44,005 bases of DNA. Source: Candidatus Limnocylindrales bacterium (lineage in GTDB: Bacteria; Chloroflexota; Limnocylindria; Limnocylindrales; CSP1-4). The stretch is taken from assembly GCA_038211705.1 (NCBI GenBank), contig JBBQVJ010000002.1, forward strand, positions 1 through 44,005, written 5' to 3'. This document shows, piece by piece, positions 24,850 through 33,723 of this stretch; positions within the stretch are counted from its first letter, which is position 1, and each line of letters starts with the position of its first letter. The notes beneath the pieces were generated by a model. That model was not told the origin of the DNA. It ran no database searches and saw nothing but the letters and a program-made list of their open reading frames with translations. The position numbers and the translations under genes are program-made.

Positions 24850-25599
24850 CTACCCGATCAGCGCGGACTGCTCGTCGGGGGCGGCCGCGACCGTTTCGGA
24901 CGGGACCGGCGGCTCCACGTCGAGCAGGTAGCCGATCCCCTGGAAGGTCTTGATCCGGCCGGGCTCGCCCGGCGCCGCGCCGAGCTTGCGGCGGACGCGC
25001 GAGACCCAGACCCGCAGGTACTGAAGGTCGTCGCGGTACTCGGGGCACCAGACCTTGGTCAGAAGTTCGGTGTGCAGGACGACCTTGCCGGCGTTGGCGG
25101 CCAGGTGCTGGAGGAGCAGCCATTCGGTCCGCGACAGCTGGACCAGCTCGCCGTTGCGGGTGACCATCCGACGCTCGAGGTCGATCTCGACATCGTCGAA
25201 CTTGAGCACGCCCGAGCCGGGTTGGGCGCCGGATGAGCGGCGCAGCACCGCACGAACGCGGGCAGCCAGCTCGTCGGGGTGGAAGGGCTTGGCGATGTAG
25301 TCGTCGGCGCCGAGGTCGAGACCCTTCGCCTTGTCGGCGGTCGAGCCCTTGGCCGTCAGGAGGATGACCGCGACGGGCCGCCGCTCTCGGAGCTGGCGCA
25401 TGACCTCGATGCCATCGAGATCGGGCATCACGATGTCGAGGAGGACGATGTCGGGGCGGACTTCCTCGGCCTTGGCCAGGGCTTCCTCACCGCCGCCCGC
25501 GGTCACGACGCGGAACCCCTCCTCGCCGAGGGCGATAGACACGAGCTTGGTGATCCGGGGCTCGTAATCCGCGACGAGTACGAGCGGTTGGGTGCTCAC
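24850..25599 (-). CDS. OmpR/PhoB-family response regulator (KdpE-like), no adjacent kinase
   Basis: Receiver domain (VADYEP..DIVLLDIVMPDLDG..LTAKG) plus winged helix (LTRTEWLLLQHL...YLRVWVSRVRRKL). Confidence 0.9.
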   Translation of the reverse strand: MSTQPLVLVADYEPRITKLVSIALGEEGFRVVTAGGGEEALAKAEEVRPDIVLLDIVMPDLDGIEVMRQLRERRPVAVILLTAKGSTADKAKGLDLGADDYIAKPFHPDELAARVRAVLRRSSGAQPGSGVLKFDDVEIDLERRMVTRNGELVQLSRTEWLLLQHLAANAGKVVLHTELLTKVWCPEYRDDLQYLRVWVSRVRRKLGAAPGEPGRIKTFQGIGYLLDVEPPVPSETVAAAPDEQSALIG

Positions 25600-25667
25600 G
25601 TTCGCCTCCGATCCTGTGATGACATGGTGACGGTTGCTGCCCGGTCCGTCATCCGTCCGGGTACGAA

Positions 25668-25698
25668 GACGGGGCTCGCGCGGAACGCGAGCCCCGTC
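25668..25698 (-). terminator. GC-rich hairpin downstream of the small membrane-protein gene
   Basis: 13-bp stem GACGGGGCTCGCG / CGCGAGCCCCGTC with loop CGGAA, 16 nt after the stop at 25714. The T-tract (TTTGTTG) is on the plus-strand side only, so activity on the minus strand is uncertain. Confidence 0.45.
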
Positions 25699-25713
25699 TT
25701 TGTTGCTAGGCGG

Positions 25714-25914
25714 TCACGATGGGTTGGCGGCGGGCAGGGACGGGAGCGTCACGTTGATGTTCGTGTCCCCACCGTTGTTCGACTTCGATCCGGCGCCTGG
25801 CCCGAGGGCGAAGAACCAGATCGCCGCCACGATGGCGATGATCGCGATGATGCCGAGGATCATCCCCATGCCTGAGCCGCCGTCCTTGACGACGACAGTG
25901 TCGTGATCTGTCAT
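25714..25914 (-). CDS. Small (66 aa) single-pass membrane protein, hypothetical
   Basis: ORF 25714..26007 trimmed to ATG 25914 (AAGGAAA upstream). MTDHDTVVVKDGGSGMGMILGIIAIIAIVAAIWFFALGPG... Confidence 0.5.
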   Translation of the reverse strand: MTDHDTVVVKDGGSGMGMILGIIAIIAIVAAIWFFALGPGAGSKSNNGGDTNINVTLPSLPAANPS

Positions 25915-26111
25915 TGGTCTGGTTTCCTTTCTTGGTTGTTCAGCCAGCATCGGGGCTGACGTCTGCCGTTCGGCGCATGGAAGGTCGCCGCCGCATTGCA
26001 GCCGCATTGCATCGACACCGTCTCGTCACCATCGGATCGGGCCGATTTGGGCTACGCTGACGCCATGCGCTTCGAATCCGGCGAGCGTGCCCTGCTCGCG
26101 GAGAGCCCCTG

Positions 26112-28799
26112 ATGTATTTCGATGAGTTCAAGCACCAGCTGCCTGACATCGATCCCGATGAGACCGAGGATTGGCTGACCTCCCTCGACCAAGTCGTCGC
26201 CGACGAGGGTGAGGCCCGCGCCCGGTTCATCATCTACAAGCTGCTCAAGCGCGCCCGCCAGCTCCAGGTCGGCCTGCCTCCCCTCACCCAGACCCGCTAC
26301 ATCAACACCATCAGCCCCGAGCAGGAGCCATCCTTCCCGGGCGACGAGACGATGGAGCGGCGGATCCGCCGGCTCATCCGCTGGAACGCGGTTGCGATGG
26401 TGCTGCGGGCCAACAACCAGGTCTCGGGGATCGGCGGTCACCTCGCCACGTATGCCTCGGCGGCGACGCTCTACGAGGTCGGCTTCAACCACTTCTTCCG
26501 GGGCAAGGAGACCGGTGGCAGCGGCGACCAGATCTTCTACCAGGGCCACGCGGCCCCGGGCATCTACGCCCGGGCGTTCCTCGAAGGCCGCCTCTCCGTC
26601 GACCAGCTCGACCACTTCCGGCGGGAGACCGGTGGCAAGGGCCTGAGCTCCTACCCGCACCCGCGGCTGATGCCCGACTTCTGGGAGTTCCCGACGGTCT
26701 CGATGGGGCTCGGCCCGATCAGCGCCGTCTACCAGGCCCGCTTCAACCGGTATCTCCTGAACCGCGGGCTGCTGGACACGTCCGGCTCGCGCGTCTGGGC
26801 CTTCCTTGGCGATGGCGAGACCGATGAGCCCGAGACGCTGGGGGCGCTCCACGTGGCGTCGCGCGAAGGGCTCGACAACCTGACTTTCGTGGTGAACTGC
26901 AACCTGCAGCGGCTCGACGGCCCGGTCCGTGGCAACGGCAAGATCATCCAGGAGCTGGAGTCGGCCTTCCGGGGCGCGGGCTGGAACGTCATCAAGGTCA
27001 TCTGGGGCCGCGAATGGGACGACCTGCTGGCCCGCGACGTCGACGGCCTGCTGGTCCAGAAGATGAACGAGACGCTCGACGGCGAGTTCCAGAAGTTCTC
27101 GGTCGCCGGCGGCGCCTACATCCGCGAGCACTTCTTCGGCCCGGACCCGCGGCTCGGCAAGCTGGTCGAGCACCTGACCGACGACGACCTGGCGAAACTC
27201 CGCCGCGGCGGCCACGACTATCGCAAGGTCTACGCCGCCTACAAGGCCGCCACCGAGCACACGGGTGCGCCCACGGTCATCCTCGCCCACACCGTCAAGG
27301 GCTGGACCCTGGGGCCCGGCGTCGAGGCGCGCAACATCACCCACCAGGCCAAGAAGCTCAACGAGGCCGAGCTGCGCATCTTCCGCGACCGGCTCGAGCT
27401 GCCGATCCCCGACGAGACGCTCAAAGACGCGCCGTACTACCACCCGGGTCCCGATTCGGAGGAGGTCCGCTATCTCGTCGAGCGGCGTCGCGCGCTGGGC
27501 GGCCCGTTGCCGCGCCGAGTCGTCCGGGCCGCCCCACTGCCGGCCCCGGCGGCCGTCGTCGACGCCGAGTTCGCGGCCGGCAGCACGACCCCCGTGTCGA
27601 CCACGATGGTCTTCGCCCGGATCCTGCGCAACCTCATCCGCGACCCGGAGCTCGGGCCGCGGATCGTGCCGATCATCCCGGACGAGGCGCGGACCTTCGG
27701 CATGGACCCGCTGTTCAAGGAGGTCGGGATCTACTCGGCGCTGGGCCAGCGCTACGTCTCGGTCGACTCGGACCTGGTCCTCTCCTACCGCGAGGCGACC
27801 GACGGTCAGGTCCTCGAGGAGGGCATCACCGAGGCCGGCTCGATGGCCAGCCTGCAGGCTGCCGGCACGTCATACGCGACCCATGGCCTGGCGACCATCC
27901 CGTTCTACATCTTCTACTCGATGTTCGGCTTCCAGCGGACGGGCGACCAGATGTGGGCGTTCGGTGATGCGCGTGGCCGCGGCTTCCTGATGGGCGCCAC
28001 GGCCGGCCGGACGACCTTGACCGGCGAGGGCCTCCAGCACGACGACGGCCACAGCCAGATCCTGTCCTCGACGGTGCCCAATGTCCGCTCCTACGACCCG
28101 GCCTTCGCGTATGAGTTGGCCGCCGTGGTCCGCGACGGCATCGAGCGGATGCACGGTCCAAAGCCCGAGGACGTCTTCTACTACGTGACGCTCTACAACG
28201 AGAACTACGCCCAGCCGCCGCGGCCCGAGGGCCTGACCGACGAGGCCATCCTGCGCGGGGTCTATCGCTTCGCCGAGGCGCCCGACATCGGGCCCGATGC
28301 GCATCCGGCCCGGCTGGTCGGCTCGGGCTCGATCCTCCAGCAGGTGTTGGCCGCGCGCGACCTGCTGGCCGAGAGGTTCGGGGTCGCCGCCGAGGTCTAC
28401 AGCGCCCCGTCGTTCCCGCTGCTGCGTCGCGACGCGCTCGAGGTCGAGCGCTGGAACCGGCTGCACCCCGATGCCAAGACGCCGCGGGTGCCGCACGTCA
28501 GCAGGATCCTGCCGCCCGACGGCGGTCCGATCATCGCCGACACCGACTGGATGAAGGCGCTGCCAGACATGGTCTCGCGCTGGCTGCCGCCGCACTACAT
28601 CGCGCTGGGCACGGACGGCTTCGGCCGGAGCGACACGCGCGAGGACCTGCGGGCCCTCTTCGAGATCGATCCGCCGCATATCGCGGCGGCCACCCTCGTG
28701 GCGCTCGTCCGCTGCGGGGCGATGCCGGCCGGGCCGGCCGCAAAGGCGATCCGCGAGCTCGGCATCGATCCCGAGAAGACGGACCCGCTGGCGCTCTGA
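26112..28799 (+). CDS. aceE: Pyruvate dehydrogenase E1 component, homodimeric type
   Basis: 895 aa. N-terminal DPDETEDWLTSLD, GGHLATYASAATLYEVGFNHFFRG, GDGETDEPE and NCNLQRLDGPVRGN, with full-length AceE architecture. Confidence 0.95.
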   Translation: MYFDEFKHQLPDIDPDETEDWLTSLDQVVADEGEARARFIIYKLLKRARQLQVGLPPLTQTRYINTISPEQEPSFPGDETMERRIRRLIRWNAVAMVLRANNQVSGIGGHLATYASAATLYEVGFNHFFRGKETGGSGDQIFYQGHAAPGIYARAFLEGRLSVDQLDHFRRETGGKGLSSYPHPRLMPDFWEFPTVSMGLGPISAVYQARFNRYLLNRGLLDTSGSRVWAFLGDGETDEPETLGALHVASREGLDNLTFVVNCNLQRLDGPVRGNGKIIQELESAFRGAGWNVIKVIWGREWDDLLARDVDGLLVQKMNETLDGEFQKFSVAGGAYIREHFFGPDPRLGKLVEHLTDDDLAKLRRGGHDYRKVYAAYKAATEHTGAPTVILAHTVKGWTLGPGVEARNITHQAKKLNEAELRIFRDRLELPIPDETLKDAPYYHPGPDSEEVRYLVERRRALGGPLPRRVVRAAPLPAPAAVVDAEFAAGSTTPVSTTMVFARILRNLIRDPELGPRIVPIIPDEARTFGMDPLFKEVGIYSALGQRYVSVDSDLVLSYREATDGQVLEEGITEAGSMASLQAAGTSYATHGLATIPFYIFYSMFGFQRTGDQMWAFGDARGRGFLMGATAGRTTLTGEGLQHDDGHSQILSSTVPNVRSYDPAFAYELAAVVRDGIERMHGPKPEDVFYYVTLYNENYAQPPRPEGLTDEAILRGVYRFAEAPDIGPDAHPARLVGSGSILQQVLAARDLLAERFGVAAEVYSAPSFPLLRRDALEVERWNRLHPDAKTPRVPHVSRILPPDGGPIIADTDWMKALPDMVSRWLPPHYIALGTDGFGRSDTREDLRALFEIDPPHIAAATLVALVRCGAMPAGPAAKAIRELGIDPEKTDPLAL

Positions 28800-28958
28800 G
28801 CGGCCCATGGGCCGGACCCTCGTCATGCATCTGATACGTCCCGGGCGCCCCACTGTGTTGTCCCCGATGGTGTCTCCTCCCTACGGTGGCAGCATCGACG
28901 TCGCTCGACGTCATCGGCCCGGCGGTCACGCCGGTCGCCCAAGGATCAGGAGGCCCCA

Positions 28959-29444
28959 GTGGACCGCAACGACCCGATGTATGACAAGACCAAGGACCCG
29001 ATGTACGACCAGACTCGTGGTCAGTACCGGGATGATGCCGGCTACACCCCCGTCGACGACGGGACCTACGTCGCTCCGGACGGCTCGGGCACCGCGCCCG
29101 AGAACCAGGAGCACGGCAAGGAGGCGATCGGCGCCGGCGCCGGAGCCCTCGGCGGCGCGGCCGTCGGTATGGCCGTCGGTGGCCCGGTCGGGGCCGTGGT
29201 CGGTGGCGCGATCGGCGCCGTCGGCGGCGCTGTGGTCGGTGAGTCGTCCGAAGGCGACGACGAAGCTGGTGCCGGGACCGGTGCGCTCGGTGGCGGTGCC
29301 GCCGGTGCGGTCATCGGTGGCGTCCTCGCCGGACCTCCGGGTGCCGTCGTCGGCGCCGCGGTCGGCGCCGGTGCCGGCGCGGGAGCCGGAGACCAGACCG
29401 AGGAAGAGATCGAGGAGTCGAGCACGACCACGCACGACCGCTGA
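28959..29444 (+). CDS. Glycine-zipper-rich hypothetical protein
   Basis: GTG 28959 with AGGAGG 6 nt upstream. N-terminal DPMYD(K/Q)T duplication, two GxxxG-rich hydrophobic blocks, acidic C-terminus. High third-position GC supports this frame over the antisense ORFs. Confidence 0.6.
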   Translation: MDRNDPMYDKTKDPMYDQTRGQYRDDAGYTPVDDGTYVAPDGSGTAPENQEHGKEAIGAGAGALGGAAVGMAVGGPVGAVVGGAIGAVGGAVVGESSEGDDEAGAGTGALGGGAAGAVIGGVLAGPPGAVVGAAVGAGAGAGAGDQTEEEIEESSTTTHDR

Positions 29445-29540
29445 CACCTCGCGCAGGCTGACCGGCCGGCGCATCGCGATCACGACGACCGTGGGTCTGC
29501 TTCGGCGGGCTCACGGTCGTGCTGTCCAAGGAGAACCTTG

Positions 29541-30692
29541 ATGGCCCGTCCGCTTCGCATCGCCCAGGTGGCGCCCCCGATGGAACGCGTCCCGCCGCGA
29601 GCGTACGGCGGCACAGAACGCATCGTGTACGAGCTGGTCAAGGAGCTCGACCGGCGTGGCCACGAGGTCACGACCTTCGCCAGCGCCGACTCAGACGTCC
29701 CCGGCCGGCTGATCCCGACCGTCGAGGAGGCGCTCCGGCCGTCCGGCTACAACGGCGATGCCTCGCCCTGGTTCTACCTCACGATCCAGGGGGTGCTGGA
29801 CATGGCTGGCGAGTTCGACATCATCCACAGCCACCTCGAATGGGCCAGCTTCCTGCTCGCTCGCGTCTCGCCCATCCCCGTCGTCTCGACGTTCCACGGC
29901 CGGCTCGACCTGGGCTGGGCCGAGGCGACCTTCGCCCGCCCTACGCCCGGTCTCGTCGCGATCAGCGCCAACCAGGCCGCCACGCACCCGGAGGTCGACT
30001 GGGCCGGCATCGTCCATAACGGCCTGACCCTCGATGACTCGCCGTTCGAGCGGCGGCGCGGCGACGGGCTGTGCTTCGTCGGCCGGGTGGCGCCCGAGAA
30101 GGGCATCGTCGACGCGATCGAGATCGCCAAGTCGACCGGTCGGACCTTGCGCATCGCGGCCAAGGCGGGCCCGACGGCCCTCGAGCGGGACTATTTCGAG
30201 AACGTCTTCAAGCCGGCGCTCGAGGAGGCCGGCTCGGTGGTCGAGTTCCTCGGTGAGCTCGAGCAGGCCGACCGGGATCTGCTGTTCGCGGATTCGTATG
30301 GGGCGCTCATGCCCGGTTCCTGGCCCGAGCCATTCGGGCTCGTCGCGATCTAGGCGCTTGCTTGCGGGACCCCGGTCATCGCTCGCCGGGTCGGTGCCCT
30401 GCCCGAGATCATCCGCGAAGGGGTCGACGGGTTCTTCGGCGACGACACGGCCCAGCTCGCGTACCACGTGGCCAAGATCGAAGGGCTCGACCGTGCCGAG
30501 ATCCGGGCGTCGGTGATCGACCGCTTCTCGGCCGGCCGGATGACCGACGGCTACGAGGCCATCTACCGGGCGATGGTCGAGGGTACCGACGCACCGGCAG
30601 GGGACGGCCAGGTCGGCGACGACGATGCCGACGCGCCTCGGCGACTCAAGCCGATGGGTCCCGGCCGGACGGCGGAGGTTCGCGCCTCCTGA
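29541..30692 (+). pseudogene. GT4-family glycosyltransferase interrupted by an in-frame TAG at 30351-30353
   Basis: ATG 29541 (AAGGAGA upstream). Reads ...SWPEPFGLVAI*ALACGTPVIARRVGALPEIIREGVDGFF... in one frame through to TGA 30692. The TAG occupies the second Glu of the EX7E motif. Confidence 0.7.
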
Positions 30693-31000
30693 CGGGGCGG
30701 AGGCCCCGGTTGGCCGCGCGCCTGGTTGGCCGGGGGCCCGGTCTCCCTGCCACGTACCCTCCACACGCGGTTCTGTCAGAAACCAGGCCCTGCGGTTGTC
30801 AGGGATGCGCCCCAGGACTGGTAGTCAGGACATCGATGCTGGCGGGCGCGGGGAGTCCTGGGATCCACGCTCAGCGCTGTGGCTCGACGCGGAGCAGACC
30901 CGCCGAATCGGCCCGGAAGTGTGCCCACCAGTCTCCCGGTGCATATCTGTCTAGGAGGACCGGGATGGCCACGGACCAGGGTCGCGGGACTTGACCCGGC

Positions 31001-31060
31001 GACAACTGGGTCGCGGCGGCGACAACTGGGTCGCGGCGGCGACAACTGGGTCGCGGCGCC
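31001..31060. repeat. Three tandem 20-bp units GACAACTGGGTCGCGGCGGC
   Basis: Two perfect copies plus a third with one mismatch. Each unit contains a GCGAC-AACTGG-GTCGC mini-hairpin. Starts 15 bp beyond the stop of the ABC-2 permease gene. Confidence 0.9.
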
Positions 31061-31074
31061 GGTCACGGCCCCGA

Positions 31075-32265
31075 TCAGGCCCGGGTCATCCCACGGCGGA
31101 GGCCGAACCAGCTGAAGGCGAGCGTCACCACGGCGATGGCCATCAGGGCCGCGTACTCCCAGGTCTGGGTCGTCCCACCGCGAAGCATGATGTCCTGCAT
31201 CAGCCGGATCCCGTGGGTCACCGGCAACATGAAGGCCAATGCCCGGACGGGTTCGGTGAATTCCGAGATGGCCAGCACGAAGCCGCTGAAGAAGACCGAC
31301 GCCAGGAGCAGCAGCAGCGACAGCTGGACCGCCTGACGCTCCGAGTCGGAGATGACCGCGATCAACAGTCCGATCCCCAGTGACGCGAGCAGGACGAGCC
31401 CGATCGCCACGGCCAGGGCGACCGTATCGCCCAGCATCGGGATGTTGAAGACCCCGACCAGCAGCCCGACCGTCGCAGCCGAGATCAGCCCGCCGATGAG
31501 CAGGTACGCCAGCACCTTGCCGGCGATCACCTCCCAGGCGTTGACCGGGGCGACCCGGAAGAGCTCGATGACGCCGCTCGTCCGTTCGCGGACGAGGGCC
31601 AGGGCGACCAGGGTGACTGCGAGGTGCTGGAGGATGAGCGCCAGCACCGCCGGCCCGAAGTAGGCCAGCACCTGGGGCTCGGACGGCGAGATGTTCTGGA
31701 GCTCGGCCCGCGTCGGCGCGGCCACGACCTCGGGTGGGATGACCGCGGCATCGGGCTGCTTGGCTGCCACGTAGCCCTCGGATTCCTCGACGGCTCGACG
31801 GATGATCGTCTGGTTGACCGCGTTGGACAGGTTCGCGGCGAGGAAGCCGGCGTAGTTGGCCCGGATCGGGTCGACGGTGTTGATGACGACGCCGATGACC
31901 GACTGCTTGCCGGCCTTGAATTGGGCCTGGGCATCGGGCGGGGCAACGACCACGACATCGGTCGTGCCGTTGTCCAGCCCGGCCGTGGCCTCATTGACGT
32001 CCCCGGTGACGGCCTGGATGTGCAAGCCGCCACCGGCCAGGTCCTGGTAGGTCTTCACGTCGGTCGGGAGCCCGCTGCTGGCCGGGATCACCACCACGGT
32101 CTCGAGCGGTCGCCGCTGGCCGTTGTAGCCAAGCCCGAAGACGGCCATGATCAGGAACGGGCCGAGCACGAGCGAGAGCAAGGCGCCGGGTCGCCGGACG
32201 ACCTCGACGAGCTCCTTGCCGACCAGCGCCAGCAGACGAAGGATCGTCGTCGCGAGCGCCCTCAT
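31075..32265 (-). CDS. ABC-2 type transporter permease (YhhJ/YbhR-like) with a large extracytoplasmic loop
   Basis: 396 aa. N-terminal TM, a loop of about 150 aa, then 5 C-terminal TM helices. ATGA overlap with the ATPase gene. Confidence 0.85.
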   Translation of the reverse strand: MRALATTILRLLALVGKELVEVVRRPGALLSLVLGPFLIMAVFGLGYNGQRRPLETVVVIPASSGLPTDVKTYQDLAGGGLHIQAVTGDVNEATAGLDNGTTDVVVVAPPDAQAQFKAGKQSVIGVVINTVDPIRANYAGFLAANLSNAVNQTIIRRAVEESEGYVAAKQPDAAVIPPEVVAAPTRAELQNISPSEPQVLAYFGPAVLALILQHLAVTLVALALVRERTSGVIELFRVAPVNAWEVIAGKVLAYLLIGGLISAATVGLLVGVFNIPMLGDTVALAVAIGLVLLASLGIGLLIAVISDSERQAVQLSLLLLLASVFFSGFVLAISEFTEPVRALAFMLPVTHGIRLMQDIMLRGGTTQTWEYAALMAIAVVTLAFSWFGLRRGMTRA

Positions 32266-33602
32266 GCGACCGGCCCCGCGGGCGCCGTCTCGTCGGGCTC
32301 GCCGGCGAGGGCGGGCGCGGCGCGCTCGGCTGGCACGACGACCTCATTGGGCGCCGCAGCCTCGGCGTCTTCCGCCGCGATGATCGTTGGCTCCGTCGAC
32401 CCCGATTCGATCGGCGGCGTGTCATCGGTTCGAGCCTCGAGCGGTGCGTCCCACGACGAACCTTGCGTCCCATCCTGATCGCGGACCCCGTCGTCGTTCG
32501 TCGTGCCGTCGCCGTCGCGTTCGGCAGCCTGATCTCGGGCATCGCGCCGGACGAGCGACGCAAAAACGTCGTCGAAGGACGGCCGTTCCTCCCGGGCGCT
32601 GACGACCTCGCCCCCACGCGCCTTGACCGCCTCGACGACATCGGGAATCGCCGTCCCGGCGTCGTCGACGATGACCGTGAGCCTCCGTGCGCCGTCCTGC
32701 TGGACATGGCGGACGAAGGGCAGGCCGGCGAGCTGCTCGCCATCGAAGAAGGTCGCCGTCTCGACCGCCACGACGTCGCCGCCGACCGCCTCGCGGCGGA
32801 GGTCGTCCGGCGTGGCCAGGGAAAGGAGCCGGCCGTTCGCGATCAGGGCGACCCAGTCGCACGACTCGGCCTCATTGACGTACTGGGTCGTGACGATGAG
32901 CGTCCGGCCCGCATCGCGCAGGCGGTGGAGCTCCTCCCAGATCCGGCCTCGCAGGATCGGGTCGACGCCGGCCGTCGGCTCGTCGAGGAAGAGGAGGGCC
33001 GGGTCGTGGACGAGTGCGCAGGCGAGCTCGAGGCGTCGCTGCATCCCGCCCGACAGCCGCCCCGCTCGCCGGCTGCGAACCTCCCACAGGTCGACGAGCT
33101 CGAGGACCTGGCGCGTGCGACGGCCGCGCCGGAAGATCATCCCGAAGAGCGAGCCGACGAAGTCGACGTTCTCGCGGACGGTGAGATCCGGATAGAGCGT
33201 GAACGACTGGGGCATGTAGCCGATCCGCTCGCGGGTCTGGCGCCGAAACTTGCGCGGTTCCTCGCCCAGGACGGTCACCGTCCCCGAGTTCGGCGTCAGG
33301 GCACCCGTCAGGAGCCGGATCGTGGTCGTCTTGCCCGCGCCCGACGGCCCGATCAGGCCGAGGATCGTGCCGGTCGGAACGGCCAGCGAGATGCCATCGA
33401 CGGCGAGCTGGTCGGAGAAGCGCATCGTGACGTCATCGATGACGACGGCATCGTCGCGGGCTTCGCCGGGGCCCGGTGCCGCTGAGGGAGCGGGGCGCCA
33501 ACGGGTGGGTGTCTCGGTCAGCACGGGGCCACTCCTGGGGGTCGGCCGCCCACGGCGGCTCAACTCTCGGAGCGTGCACCGGGCGCGCTTGCGACCGGTC
33601 AC
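32262..33602 (-). CDS. ABC transporter ATP-binding protein with an acidic, disordered C-terminal tail of about 110 aa
   Basis: Walker A GPSGAGKTT, signature LSGGMQRRL, Walker B LFLDEPTAGVD. The N-terminal 50 aa are Arg/Pro-rich, so the true start may be internal. Confidence 0.85.
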   Translation of the reverse strand: MTGRKRARCTLRELSRRGRPTPRSGPVLTETPTRWRPAPSAAPGPGEARDDAVVIDDVTMRFSDQLAVDGISLAVPTGTILGLIGPSGAGKTTTIRLLTGALTPNSGTVTVLGEEPRKFRRQTRERIGYMPQSFTLYPDLTVRENVDFVGSLFGMIFRRGRRTRQVLELVDLWEVRSRRAGRLSGGMQRRLELACALVHDPALLFLDEPTAGVDPILRGRIWEELHRLRDAGRTLIVTTQYVNEAESCDWVALIANGRLLSLATPDDLRREAVGGDVVAVETATFFDGEQLAGLPFVRHVQQDGARRLTVIVDDAGTAIPDVVEAVKARGGEVVSAREERPSFDDVFASLVRRDARDQAAERDGDGTTNDDGVRDQDGTQGSSWDAPLEARTDDTPPIESGSTEPTIIAAEDAEAAAPNEVVVPAERAAPALAGEPDETAPAGPVA

Positions 33603-33723
33603 ACCGTCCCCGGCCCGCTATCGCAGCCGTATCGCAGTCTGGGCCCAGTCTGCAATGCCCCTGCATTCGGATCGCCGTCGCCGTGCAGCGCATGAGCTCC
33701 CCACGACGCGTACCGTTGGCCCC

